A stretch of 64,000 bases of DNA from Salpingoeca rosetta. Taxonomy: Eukaryota > Protista > Choanoflagellata. How positions within the stretch are numbered: the stretch's first letter is position 1; every line of letters starts with the position of its first letter. The stretch spans positions 626,442 through 690,441 of the forward strand of contig JAWQFM010000002.1 in assembly GCA_033442325.1 (NCBI GenBank), given 5' to 3'. Below the pieces are notes generated by a model, which had not been told where the DNA came from, made no database searches, and worked only from the letters and a program-made list of their open reading frames with translations. Positions 18,838 to 32,990 of the stretch are shown in pieces. A program made the translations under genes and the position numbers.

Positions 18838-19109
18838 CTGTACAAGACGGTTTGAAGCAACAAGAAGGGGGCGGGGGTGTCGGGGGGAGGGAGGGATCGA
18901 AGAAAAGGGGTAGTGGTCAGCGAAGGAAGTCGACACCAAAGACAACAAGTGGAGAGGAGAGGCGGGAGGAGACAGAGGAGAGGTGGGCAAGAGATCGATC
19001 GCGAAGCCACAGCACCACTCAGCGTGGTTGAAACATGAAACACGACACGGCACAGCATACTCACATTAGTGAAGCAGAGCAAGCTACTGGGAAGAGAAGC
19101 GCAACAGCG

Positions 19110-21784
19110 TCAGCCGCCAATAAGGATCATGGGCCGATTTTTCCTCTTTGCCAACTCAAACATGCCTGCATGCTGCTTCTTCTTCCGCTTCACAGCCGCG
19201 TCGATCTCACGAATCGTCTCCTCGTCGTTCTCGCTCCGCCGCAGCGCGTGCTTGAGATCAACCTCCGTACTGCCAAATAGGCACACCTGCAGACGCGTGT
19301 ACATGGCGTATGCGGGGAAGTGCGTGTGTGTGTGTGTGTGGGGGTGTGTGTGTGGGTGAGCGGGAGTGTGGGGAGGGAGTGTGGGGAGGGAGTGTGGGGA
19401 GGGAAGTGTGGGAAGGGGTGGCATGTACACGCCACAGCGTACAACGAGGAACAACAAGCATGTACAGCACGAAGCGCAGCCGAGAGCACGCACACACAGG
19501 GTGGACAGATGAACACACGCACGAGTGGATGAGTGGATGAATGAGCAAACAAGCAAATGAGCAAACAAGCAATGAATCAACCAAACACGCAATCAATCAA
19601 ATAAGTAAACAAGACAGCGCCGGACCTTCAATTGGCCGTTTGCAGTGATGCGCAGGCGATTACAGGAGCCACAAAAGTGCTCGCTCATGGATGTAATGAA
19701 ACCAATTCGTCCCGCATGGCCGGGCACCCACCACGCCTGGCAGCGACAATGGTGGCGGTGGTGGTGGCGGCGGCGGTGGTGGTGAGACTGACGACGGTGA
19801 AACAGCAGACAGTCACACACACACACACATGCACACACACACACATGCACACACACCCACATGCACACAACACACGCACACCTTTGACGTGTCATTGGGA
19901 TGATCTGAGAGGCGAGTGAGGGTGAACCGCTGCTCAATCCTCTCCAGCATCTCTTTGTACGACACAAACCGGTCCATGTTCCATCGGTTGCCTGCAGGCA
20001 AGATGGTCAGCGCAAGCGTGTATGTCGAGTGAGTGGGAGCGGGGAAACCACGAGGGAGTATGTAAAGGAGGGAAGCAAACGCAAATGGGCGAACAGTCAA
20101 CGTGTATGCATCTCGAAGAGCACACGTACTCATACGCAGACACAAACACATGCGCGCACACATGCGCAGACACAGAGACACAGACACACTACACACACAC
20201 GCACACACGCGAACAATTTGACTGACCATCAAAGGGCATGTATTCGATGAAGCGAACATCAACCGGCTTCTCGCGCGTCCACTCGACAAAGTCGAGCAGC
20301 TCATCATCGTTGACGTTGCGGGTCAGCACGACGTTGATTTTTGGGGTCAAGCCAGCATCAATGGCCGCATCAATCCCACGGAACACCCGGTCCAGCCCTG
20401 GCGCCCGGGGCGGGGGAATATCAACAATGGGCATTGTGAACATGCAATGGCACCGCTGCGGCTGTGCACGTCATACATGCAACACACACACACACAAACA
20501 CACAAACAAACAAACAAACAAACAAACAAACAAACAAACAAACAAACAAACAAGCAAACAAACAACCCCACGCGCAAACCTCTGCGTCTGGAGATGATGT
20601 TGAACTTGTGCTCGTGGAAGGTGTCGAGGCTGACGTTCAAATGGGTGAGGCCGGCATCCTTCAGGGCATCCAGCTTGCGTGCCAGCGTCAAGCCATTGGT
20701 TGTGATGCCAACACTCTCAATGCCTGGCATGCCTCGGAACTCCCCTGTGCGCGTGCGTGTGTGAGTATGTGATTATATGTGATTATGAACTCAAAAGGAA
20801 CACTCATTTGCGTACACATGCAGCCCACACATACGCACACACACGCACCCCCACACATACGCATACACATGCACCCCACACATACGCATACACACATGCA
20901 CACACGCATGCACATAGACGCGTGTGTACAGGGTGTGCAGACATGTCCCACGGGCAAATCGCAGCCTAAGGAAACGTACGAATGAGGTCGGAGAGCTGGG
21001 GATACAGGAGGGGCTCTCCACCTGTGAGTCGGATCTTGCTGACGCCGTTTGAAGCGAAGATGCGGGCCAATCGCACCAGCTCATCAAAGGTGAGCAGCTC
21101 GTCCTTTGGTGACAGCTGCACGCCTTCCTCAGGCATGCAGTACTGGCCTGCTCAACACGAAACGCACATAATACACAACACATAGACACAGACACAGACA
21201 CACACACATACAACAAAATACATTGACACATACACAGACAGACAGACGCAGACACAGACACGCAAGCAATTCACAAAACACAAAATACACACACACACAT
21301 GCAATGCATCTCGATTAGAAAGTGCGAAAGACCAGCAAGGTGCTGCGATCAGGAGCACACGAATAGCAACAAAGAGCAACACAAAGAGACCCGCAACGCT
21401 GCTGAACTCACATCGGAGGTTGCAGCGCTCTGTGAGGCTGATGCGCAAATAGCTGTGCTGGCGGCCGAACAAATCCGTAAGCACCGACGACACACGGGAC
21501 TGCTCTTGTTGAGTTTGGTGTGCTGGTCCTTCCTTCTGCGAATGGCGTTGCCCATCTGTGGCTTCTTGGTGTTGATCCGGCTCCGGCATCGCAGAGCCAT
21601 GCTGAAAGCGCGCGCATTGGCGCACTGCAGTAGCGGACAAAGTGGCGGCGAGGTTCACCGGCTGTTGGCGTGCCATGAGGGCTGCTGCCGCACCAGCCCA
21701 CCTGTGCATGGTGTTGGTGGTGCTGGTCATCGTCAGAAAGGGGCGCATGACGCCTCGTCCTCCACAACAGCACGCCTGCATCAT
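19110..21784 (-). CDS. MOCS1: MoaA / MOCS1A radical-SAM GTP 3',8-cyclase, multi-exon, with a mitochondrial-type N-terminal extension
   Basis: [27 protein letters not shown] (CxxxCxxC), [35 protein letters not shown] and the C-terminal RPMILIGG* double-glycine end. Confidence 0.95.
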
Positions 21785-21908
21785 TTTTGCGCGAGGTGGC
21801 GTCACACGAAAGAAAAATATCCACCACACCCACAAATCTTCAGGACTTCCGCCAAACAAGAGACAAGACGAGAAGAAGATGAGGTGTGGAAGGACGATCG
21901 CACTGGCT

Positions 21909-21977
<69 letters not shown>

Positions 21978-22070
21978 TGTGTGTTCGTGGGTATTGGCTT
22001 CGCTTGCTTGTGGCGGCCGCTGGTTTGACGGTGTTTTGGCGTGCTTGTCGCTGCTGAACACAGCCGTGAT

Positions 22071-23748
22071 ATGGGAAGTGCCGGCGGAGATGACCGCATG
22101 CCCGCCCTGTACAAGATCTACCGCGTCGCGGTGAGTTTGGAGAGCAACGACAAGTGATGTGCACGTGTGATACGAGAGTGCACGACTTGTCTCAGGACCG
22201 TGTGTGGTGCGTGTGTGTGCGTGTGTGTGTGGTGCGCGTTCTTGCATCCACTGTCCTCGATGTCATTCGCTTGCTGACGTGCTACGCGCACACACAAACG
22301 CATGTGCAATCCTTGTTGTGTGTCACAGGTGACATCGATCAAGGAATATGGCGCCTTTGTGGAGATGGAAGGATTCAACAAGAAAGGTGCGCTTGGGTTT
22401 GTGGTGTGCTGCGCGACAACAACAACAACGTCTATTGGTCGGCGAGAATGGAGGGCGCTGGGTTCTCTCACACACGCTCACGCACCTTGTTTACAATGGC
22501 TGATGGCTTGTGCATGTCTGCAGCGCTACTGCACATTTCTCAAATGTCACAGTCGCGCATCAATGACCCGACTGAGGTTGTCTCCGTGGGAGATCCGCTC
22601 TTTGCCAAAGTGATTGAAATCAAGGTGAGACATCTCATTACGTGTGCGCGTGTGCGCGTGTGCGCGCGCGCGTGTGTGTGTTTAGTGCGTGCATGGGGTG
22701 TAGAGGTGTGTGTATGCATGTGTGTTTGTTTGTGTGTGTGTGCCTGTTTTGTGTGTTTGTGTGTGTGTGTGTGCGCATTGCACTGCACGTGTACACGTCC
22801 GACTTGCCTGTGTATGCAATAAACCTCACGTGCGACACACACACATGTATGCACGCCTTTGCTGCATACAGGAGGACGGCAAGATCTCCGTGAGCATCAA
22901 GACGGTGCGCCAGTCAGATGGTACAGACACAGACACAACGAACATAATTGTCGAGCAAGACAACCTGCGCAAGCGTTCTGTGACAGAGACGGAGAAGCCG
23001 CGGCTACAGCTGGGCGCCGTGCTCAACACCGTGTGTTCAAAGTGCGGCACAAAGGGCCACTTTGCCAAGGACTGTTTCTCTGTCGGCAAACGATACGAGG
23101 TGGTGACCGCTGAGCCGGAGGAGGAGGAGTTGGAGGAAATGCTGGAGCGTCGGCGTCGACGTCATCACCACAGCTCATCTGACACAGGCTCAGACAGTGA
23201 TGGCAGCGTACGTTGTGCATGCGTGTTGCGTGCGTGTGTGTTGTGCGTGTGTGTTGTGTGTGTTGTGTGTGTTGTGTGTTGTGTGTGTGTGTGTGTGTTT
23301 GCATGAGCTTGTGTGTGCTTGTGTGCTTGTGTGCTTGTGAAACTGCTTGCTGGCTGATGGCGTAGCTCTCACTTACGTCACACTTGCATCGCCACTCAAA
23401 CCACCCAACCTAAACCACCACCGCCACCATCATAATGCCGATCACCTCAACCAACAATCTATCACGTTTCATCTTACCCCACGTGTGTACTGCACCTGCA
23501 TATTTGCTCTGCAGCCAAGCGAGAAGCGAGCGAAGCGGGGACACGATGACAAGAAGAAGAAGAAGAGGAAACACAAGGACAAGAAACACAAGGACAAGAA
23601 ACACAAGAAGAAATCCAAGAAGGACAAGAAGGACAAGAAGGACAGGAGAGAGCGCCATGGTGGCGACGATGACAAACACCGCCATCATCATCATCATCAT
23701 CATCGACACAGTGACGATCGCGAGCGAAGAAGACGGCGCAGTGAATGA
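22071..23748 (+). CDS. ZCCHC17: S1 RNA-binding plus CCHC zinc-knuckle nucleolar protein (pNO40)
   Basis: PALYKIY..YGAFVEM..LHISQMS (S1 domain), AVLNTVCSKCGTKGHFAKDCF (CCHC knuckle), K/H/D-rich tail. Confidence 0.9.
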
Positions 23749-23760
23749 TCAACAAGCGAG

Positions 23761-23830
<70 letters not shown>

Positions 23831-24265
23831 TGAATTCTTTGTGTGCGCGTCTGTGTGCGTGTGCGGGGGAGGGAGGAACATTAGCACTGTTCACTTCATT
23901 GTAGCGATGAGTCTGTATTGATAACGAGCACTCGGCCAATGAAGAAGGAAGAAGAATAGAGCAAGAGGAAGCGAAAGCAGAACGAGAGACACGTGCACTG
24001 AGGATGACTGGAACTCAAGTGCACACGATGACGGAAAGCAACCAAAGAGCAACAGCAACAAAACCGAAAGGCACTGAAACAACAAAAGAAGCAAGCAGAA
24101 CGAAACGGTAACACAACGCATCTATGACACGCAATGCTGCGACCTGGCACGGGCAAAACGAGCAAACAGATGGACAAACACGAACATACACACAGCCACA
24201 ACCGTACAACCACAACCACGAACACAAACACAACACAACACACACAGCCACAAAAAGCGAGCTGT

Positions 24266-25053
24266 CTAGACCATGCTCTCTGACGAGTTGTAGATTGCGT
24301 CCTCCACAACACCGACAAGGTTTTCTGTCGCCTCCGCCTTCAAAATGTCTTCGGGGATAATGCCCGAGACAGATGAAATGTTCACGGCGCCACACCGCGA
24401 GCAAAACGCCGTCGCATTGCGTTTTAAACGCAGGCTCCTGGGCGGCGGCTTGTTGCTTGGGTCCTCCACAATGGCGACTTTGTTCTTCGGGTAGAGCTCG
24501 TTGAGGAGGCGGCACAGCATGATGCCGCTGGCCAGGGCGCGTCCAAGCAGCAGTGGGCACTCAAGACCTGCAATCTCATCCTGCACATGCGTCTCAATCG
24601 TCTGCAGAGAGAGGAAAAAGAGGGGGGGGGGGGGAGACGTGTGTCATGTGTTTGTGTGTACGTGGTATGTATGTGTTTGTGTGTACGTGGTATGTGTGTG
24701 TGTGTATGTGGTTTGCAAGCGCGGCATGCACGGGAAGCCATGGCAGAGGTGAAAACACGCCCTCGCACCCACAAAAACAACAAACAAACAAACAAACGAC
24801 GGCTGTGCGGACCTCGGCAGCCTTGAGATAGCGGGCGGCAGTCTCTGCAACGCGCTTGCCGGCGTCCTCAACTGTCCGCGAATCAACAGAGCCAGACAGG
24901 TGGATGTGGCCTGGGCATGTTTGTGACGGCGACGGTGTCGGGGGCAGGGATGATGTTGGTTGGCATGGTGGTGAGTTCGTGCAGACAAAAAGCAGCGAAA
25001 GGCCAACACACAGACACAGACACACTCAACACACAGACACAGACACAGAGGCT

Positions 25054-25129
<76 letters not shown>

Positions 25130-27516
25130 CTTCGAGCCGTCACTCACTCTGCTTGAGGAAGTCCTCCAGGCCGGTCTTGGTGACGGGCACCGTGCTGCCG
25201 TACACGCTGTCTGCCGCAGCCAAGATGCGGAGGTACACCGCGTGGAAGTGCGTTGACGATGTCTTGAGGGCGGCGCGGTCGTCGTGTGACTGCTGCAGGA
25301 ATCGCTGCCGGCGCTCGTCTTGGATGCGTCGCAGCTCTGCAGCCGGCAGCTGCGGCCACTGCTTCGTCTCGGACTGACGCGAAGCGGTTGCCGTGAAAAG
25401 GGAGAAAGTGAGGAAGGTGAGGGGTTGAAGGCGTGTGAGGTCCGAAGCGGGGAAAGGCGAGAAGTATGGCCAAGCAAAGCAAGCAAAGCAAGCAAAGCAA
25501 GCAAGCAAAGCAAGCAATCAAAGCAATCAAAGCAAGCAAAGCAAGCAAGCAAGCAAAGCAAGCAAAGCAAGCAAACACATACACATACACACACACACAC
25601 GCACACACACCTCACCACCCACCCAACCAACACAAAACACAACAAAGCGATAGCTCACAATAGTGCCGCGCTTCTTCGCCTCGATGCGCTCCTGCAGTTT
25701 CCTCCTCTTCTCCTCCTCAATGGCCGCCCTTTCCCGCCGCTTCCGCTCGGCCTCCTCCTGCGCCGTCTCCAGCTCGCGTCGCGCCTCTGCTCGCCGCCGC
25801 GCACGCGCAATCTCCGCCGCCGTCGCATCTGCATCGCCTGCTGTTGATGCCGAGGAGGGCGTGGAGGTGGCAGGTGTGGGTTTGGTCGCGTGCGTGGTCG
25901 TGTGCGTGGTGCGTGTGCGTGACACGGTGCTGCTGGTTGGTGTTGTGGTCGCGGATGGCGTTGACGGCTGCTGCCGCGCCGGTGTGCGGTGCGGTGTGGC
26001 GTGCTTCCTCGCTGTGCCGGGCGACTTTGCTGCTGCTGTTGCAGTGGTGGCGGTGGTGGCGAGGGACGACGATGGCGCCGCTGTTGCTGTGGAGCGGCCG
26101 GCGCGCGGGGATCGCGGCGACTGCGTGACAGATGCAGATGCACTCCGCCCGCGATCAGACGGCGACGCAGACACGTTGCGCTGCGCCTGTGATGCTGGCG
26201 TGGTGGTGGTGGTGGTGGTGGTGGTGGTGCGATGTTTCGATACAGGCGATGACAATGTCCCTGCGGCGGAGGGGCGGGCACTGGAGATGGTGGAGCGACG
26301 CGTGGTGCCCGTGGACGACGTGGATGAGGAGGCAGGTGTTGTGGATGGGGATGCAGAGCCGTCACGGCTGCGGGTCTTCTTGGGCACGGGCAGGTGTGCT
26401 GATGGCGACGAGAAAAAGGGGTTGGTCGACACCTCTGTGCGAATGTTCTTGCTGACGCCCGCCTGCTTCTCCTTCTCCCGCTCCTTTGCAATGCGGTCGC
26501 GTGCCTCGGCAATGCGCTTGTTCTTGTCCTCCTCAATGCGCACCTTGTCAGCCTCCCTCTTCTTCTGTGCAGCCTCCTCCCTCTCCTGCCGCGCCGCCTC
26601 CCGCGCCGCCCGCTCCCGCCGGCGGGCATCCATCGCCTCCTTGTCCGTGTGGTATGCGGCCTGCACCGACGACGCAAGCTCTGTCGCCTTGTTCAGCAGC
26701 GTGTTGAGCGATTGCTGCCGCTCTGCAAGCTTTCGGCTCATCTCATCCTCCTTTGCACTCGCTTGCTTCCGCGCAGAGCGGGGCGACTTTGCGCCCGCTG
26801 TTGCTGACGGCGACGCTGTTGCTGATCGCGATGGTGTTGTTGTTGTTGCTGGTGCTGCTGGTGTCGTGGTGGGGGTTGTTGTGGACTTGGCGGTGGTAGT
26901 GGCAGCAGCAGATGCCTTCTCCCTGTCCTTGCGTTCCAGTTCCCGCACTTCCTTCTCCAGTCGTTCTTTCTCCCGTTGCAGTTGCTCCTTCCTTTCCTTC
27001 TCCAGGCGCTCTTTCTCCCGTTTCTCGCGTTCTTTCTTTTCCTTCTCTTCCTTCTCCTTCTTCTCCCTTTCCGCCTTCTCGCGCTCCAAACGTTCCTTTT
27101 CTTTTCTCTCCTTCTCCTTCTTTTCCTTCTCCCTCCTTTCCTTCTCCTTCTGTTCCTTTTCTTGTCTTTCTTTCTCCTTCTTTTCCTTCTCCTGCTTCTC
27201 GCGCTCCTTCCGTTCGCGTTCCGCCCTCTCTCTTCGCTCCCTGTCCCGCTTCTCCCGCTCTGCGCGCGCCTTTCGCTCCTTTTCCTTTTCCTCGCGTTCC
27301 TGTCTCTCCTTTTCCAAACGTGCCTGCTCAATCTTCTTCTTCTCCACCTCGGCCTTTTCTCGCTCCAGCTGCTTGCGCGTGCGTGCAATCGCCTCCTTTG
27401 CCCGCTGTTCTGCCAGCGTCTTCTCCCGCTCCTCCTGCTGTTGCCGCAGCTTCATCTCCTTGGCAGCTGCAGTGGGCACACACGCGCACACACAACAGCG
27501 CATACAAGTATACAAG

Positions 27517-27576
<60 letters not shown>

Positions 27577-27584
27577 ACACACAC

Positions 27585-27635
<51 letters not shown>

Positions 27636-28102
27636 CACACACACACACAAACAAGCATACAAGTATACGAGGCGCACGTTATCGTGGGCGGGGTGTGAGC
27701 GAGTGAAGGGGACACGGGCGTGTGTATGTATGGGAGGTGTGTCAGGGCAAGGAGATGCGAGGGGGTTGAATGTGTTGTGCACCTTCTTGCTGCGCCTTTT
27801 CTTGCTGGAGAAGACGCTCCTGTGCCGCCTGTAGCTCTTGCTCTTTCTGCACGCACATGAAGACGAGACGTAGGGGTGAGTAGGAGAAGGGAGGGGGTGG
27901 GGGTGGGTGGAGCGGCTGCATTGAATCGCATCCGCACGCAGGGCAACGGAATCACAGCTTCGCATGCAACAACAAGCACATCCTCTATCCGCACACACAG
28001 ACACACACACGCAACACAATTTGGAGACGAACCTGCTCGAGCTGTGCGCGCATCTGCTGTAATCGCTGCGCCTCCTCCGCCATCTGCTTCTCCTGATGAA
28101 TG

Positions 28103-28159
<57 letters not shown>

Positions 28160-28317
28160 GCACGAGAACGAAAGACGTGAGTAACTGGACGTACAACCAA
28201 ACAGACACATGCATGGATATGGGCACGCACATAGTGGCAGACAACTTTGTGCGCTTGTGTTTGTTTGCAGTTGAGATGCAAGGAGGTACGGACAAGAGAG
28301 CAATGAGACAGACAGAC

Positions 28318-28409
<92 letters not shown>

Positions 28410-29151
28410 CAATGAGAGGATGAGGGGAGACAAAACAGCACAGCACGCCCCTGCCGTACCCGTTCGTTGATGCGTTCTTGCTCCTGTTGTGCGGTTGGGA
28501 AGTGGGGAGGATGCAAGACATGCAAAGTTGAACGTGGCAGAGGCATGGATGTGAAAACCAGAAAGACAAGAAAAGGAAAAATCACAAGCAAACAAACGAC
28601 AGTGAACCACAAGTGTACAGCCAGGGCAATCCCAGTACTGCGCACACACACACACACATACACACGCACACACGAAACTAGTGTCAATGCTACAAGAAGC
28701 CGACCTTTGCAGATGCGTCCTCAACATCAACATCGCGCGCCTGACAGAGCATTGGTGGCGGTGAGCGAAGGTGGTCAGACGAGGCAGACGTGACGAGATG
28801 ATGACGTACACACAAGCACACATGTACACACGGAAGTGCTCGGACACAGGCTCAGACATGCCTGGACGTCAGCAGACACAGATACAAACACAAACACAGA
28901 CAGAGGGGCACACAGGGCGGTTCGTGGTGCACCTGAGCGGCCGAGGCCTGCAGGTCCTGTGTGGCCTTGGCAGCGCGCTGCTTCTCTTGCTGGAGAAAGT
29001 TGATGATGTGCACACGCCCGCGGCTGCAGATCTGTATGCACACGCACATGCACACAGGAGACAGTGCAAGAGGGTGTGATATGGTAATGTGAGGATCGCG
29101 TGTTGATTTGGAACAGAAACACGAAGAAGCACACTATAGTCACAGCAAGCG

Positions 29152-29226
<75 letters not shown>

Positions 29227-29592
29227 GACAGACACAGACAGACACACCGACACACCGACACACAGAAACAGACAGACAGACAGAGACACGGCCTGACGTG
29301 TGGCGGGGGCTGCATGAGCGGGTTTGAGTCGACGTTGAGGGACGTGAGGTGGGCCAGGTCGGCCATGCTGATGGGCAGCACGGAGATGGCGTTGCTTGAC
29401 ATATCCAGCGTCACCAGCGCCCTTAGCGACCCGAGTCCTGCACCGCGCACGGGAGAACGAGGGAAACAGGGGGAAGTGGGGGCAAGTTTGGTGTGGTGGA
29501 AGTAGAAAGGTGAGGATGTGAAACGGCAAGGAACAAAAAAAGGGGGTAGGAGCGCGTAAGCACGCACGTATACACACACACAACACACACAC

Positions 29593-29645
<53 letters not shown>

Positions 29646-30318
29646 TGTAGCATGCTTGCATGCACGTGCAACCATGCTGTTTCGCTGCTGTTACCTTCGG
29701 GCAGGGTGTCGAGCTTGTTGCGAGCAATGTTGAGTTCTCTCAGCGAGTGGAGGGAGCACACCGCATCAGGCAAGATGCGCAGCGCATTGTTGGAGATGTT
29801 CTGCGCACACAACAACAAGATAAAACACAACGCATGAACGGCACCAGTACCTGTTACATTGCTTGAAGTTGTCTTGAGCACATGTACATGGATACTGACG
29901 AACAGGCAGGCACACAGGCACACAAGGAGACAGGCACACAGACAAACAGAGATACGCACACAGACAAACAGAGATACGCACACACACGCAGACACACACG
30001 CAGACACACACACACACACACACACACAGACACATACACACGAACCAGTTCTTTGAGGGTGTCGCGGAGGTTGCCAATGTGGGCCGGGAGCTCATGAATT
30101 TTGTTGCTGCTGATGTCCAGGATCTCAAGCGGGAGTTCGCACACGTCTTCGGGGAGAGAGCTCAGCTGGTTGCGCCTGCACCACGTCCACAGGGAAACGA
30201 AACAAGCGGACAAGGAAGGTGAAATCCACATGTGAGGATGTGTTGGGACAAGGCTGCACAATGTGTGTGCGCGTATGCGTATTTATACACACGCGTGTTA
30301 GTGCCTAACCTTTGGTGA

Positions 30319-30414
<96 letters not shown>

Positions 30415-31154
30415 GTCCATGGGCTTTCGGACTGTTAATCAGGAGCGCGAGAAGCGAGGAGGCAGAACACAATAGTGTCACGAACCCAAGGTGAAGCTCA
30501 GTCAGGGACTGCAGGCTGGAAAAGTCAGGCAAGTGGGTGATGATGTTGTGGGAGCAGTTGAGGAGCTCCAGCTCAATCATATCCAGCAGCTGGCTGGGCA
30601 GCTGCACCAGCCGGTTCTCCGCCACATCTGGTTTTGAAGACCAAAGCAAAGGCAGGAAGCGCCCCCACACGCAAAGGCGTTCAGCAGTCCATGAAGCAAA
30701 GCCGTGAAGCAGAAGAAGAGATGAGAAAGTGTTTACGTGTGTGCGTGTGTATACGTTTGCATGCGTGCGTGTGTGTATGTGTGTAACTTGCATGTTCCAC
30801 GGACAACAAACAACCAATGCAAGGCGTGCATGTTGTATCCGTGTGTGTTTGGCTTCGAAAAACTCGTCATGAACCAGGTGCACTTTCATTGTGTGTGTGT
30901 GCTGTGGCCATGTGTGTGCGTGTGTGCTGTGGACATGTGTGTGTGCGTGCGTGTGCGTGCGTGTGCGTGAGTGTGTGCTGTGGACGAGTGCTCGGGTTGT
31001 CGTTGCGCGCATGGACCGTACCGAGTTCGATAAGGTCTGCGGCGTCAACGTCCTCTGGCAGCTCTGGAAACTTGCGCAAATTGAGTGCGCGAAGACGCAG
31101 TGTTCCCGTCTCAGACGCACACCGAATGGCCTCGCTGAGACTTGTAGACGCCAT
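24266..31154 (-). CDS. Leucine-rich repeat plus C-terminal calponin-homology domain protein (LRCH-like) with a long charged helical centre
   Basis: N-terminus [18 protein letters not shown], about 8-9 LRRs ending in [19 protein letters not shown] (LRCH-type cap), E/K/R-rich region ~26930-27470, C-terminal CH-like [29 protein letters not shown]. Confidence 0.82.
28325..28402 (+). repeat. (GA)n microsatellite
   Basis: Seen directly; intronic in the LRCH-like gene. Confidence 0.95.
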
Positions 31155-31424
31155 TGCCGTAGAGCAAGAAAGGGGGGCGGGGAAGGAAGTGGGGTGGGGG
31201 ACCTGGTCACGCCAAGTCGTCGTGCGTGTCTGTGTCTCACTCAGGTGTTGTGTGTGCTTGTTGCCTGAACGGACGGGGGTGGTGTTTGCGTTGTGTGGTT
31301 CGGTTGGCTCCAGCGATCGTCAGAGTATTATATCAAATCATTCACCATTTTTCTACAAACACGGCAACCTTCTGCAGGAAGGAAGAGTGTGTGCAGTGTG
31401 CCGTGCCAGTGTGGGTTGCGGAGG

Positions 31425-31843
31425 ATGGAAGGTGCCGTGTATCTGGACAGCAATGCGACGACGCCACTTGCTGCTGAGGTGAAGGCGGCAGTTGTGGAGG
31501 CCATGGACGTGGCGTGGGGAAATCCATCCAGCACATACGCTGCTGGCCTCGCCGCCAAACAGGTGTGTGTTTGCGTTTGGGTGCGTGTGCGGGTGTGCGT
31601 GCGTGTGCGCTTGCGTTTGTGCGCTTGCGTTTGTGTGCTTGCGTTTGTGTGCTTGTGTGCTTGTGTGCGTGCGCGTGCGTATGCGTGTGCGTGTGCGCGT
31701 GCGCGTGTGTGTGTGTGTGTGTGTGTGCGTACAGTGGCACTTGTGGTGCACTGCTCTCATAGACATGCTCTTGTCCTCCATACAATGTGTTGCTTCTCGA
31801 TGCGAACGCCCCCCCCCCAACAATCCATCACACATCCTCCAAA

Positions 31844-31906
<63 letters not shown>

Positions 31907-32459
31907 ACCACCACACACACCACCACCCCACCCCCACCCACCACACACACACACACACACGCACACACAACCCCCCACCCCACACACACACACACGCACA
32001 CACACACGCACACGCGCCATAATTTGTAGATGATCAGCGAGAGTCGCAAGCATACGGCGGACATGATTGGGGCGGACGCAAGCGAGATTGTGTTTATGAG
32101 TGGCGGCACGGAGATCAACAACCATGTCATCCACACGGCGCTGGAGGCATTCCACCGCTCCGGGCGAAGTGGCCTTCCACACATCATCACCTCCAACATC
32201 GAGCACGACTCTGTGGAGAAGGTTCTGGCCGCGTTGGAGCACGGGAACAAAGCTGCCGTCACCCGAGTCAAGGCCGACAGCACCACGTATGCTGTGCCAG
32301 TGGACGCTGTCTTGGCAGCGCTCACAGACAACACGTGCCTTGTCACCATCATGCTGGCCAACAATGAGACTGGCGTGATTCAGCCCGTGTCGGACATCTT
32401 CCAGCACATCCGACAAGACCCCAAGCACAGCCACATCCTCCTCCACACAGATGCCGCAC

Positions 32460-32539
<80 letters not shown>

Positions 32540-32924
32540 CTTGTGTGTGCGGGGGGGGGGTACGGGTAGGGAATACATCCCTAAGGGTAGAAGCAGGAAC
32601 GCATTGCTGCAGTGGCATCTCTGCGAAGCTTTGCTTGCTCGCTCGTGCTCATTCGTGTTACTTGTGCCGACACGGCTACATGTGTTTACATCCCTCTGTG
32701 CTGTGCACTTGCGTGTTGTGTTTCAGGCCATTGGCAAGATACCCGTGCACGTTGACGCCTTGCGCGCTGATTGCGTCACCCTCGTTGGTCACAAGGTACG
32801 TTGTGTGCGCACACCAGGGTGGAGATAGGCGCAACAACGATGGCAACAACAACACCGATGTCAGCGATGTGGTTGCTGCAAATGCCCTTCCAGTGTGCCG
32901 TGCTAACTTTCCATCCACATGCTC

Positions 32925-32990
<66 letters not shown>

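Noticed and set aside
19110-19112. MOCS1 in-frame TGA as a selenocysteine codon (SCLY is nearby)
   Set aside because: The TGA follows the essential terminal GG of MoaA, and I could not find a convincing SECIS (AUGA-stem-AA-GA) downstream of MoaC.
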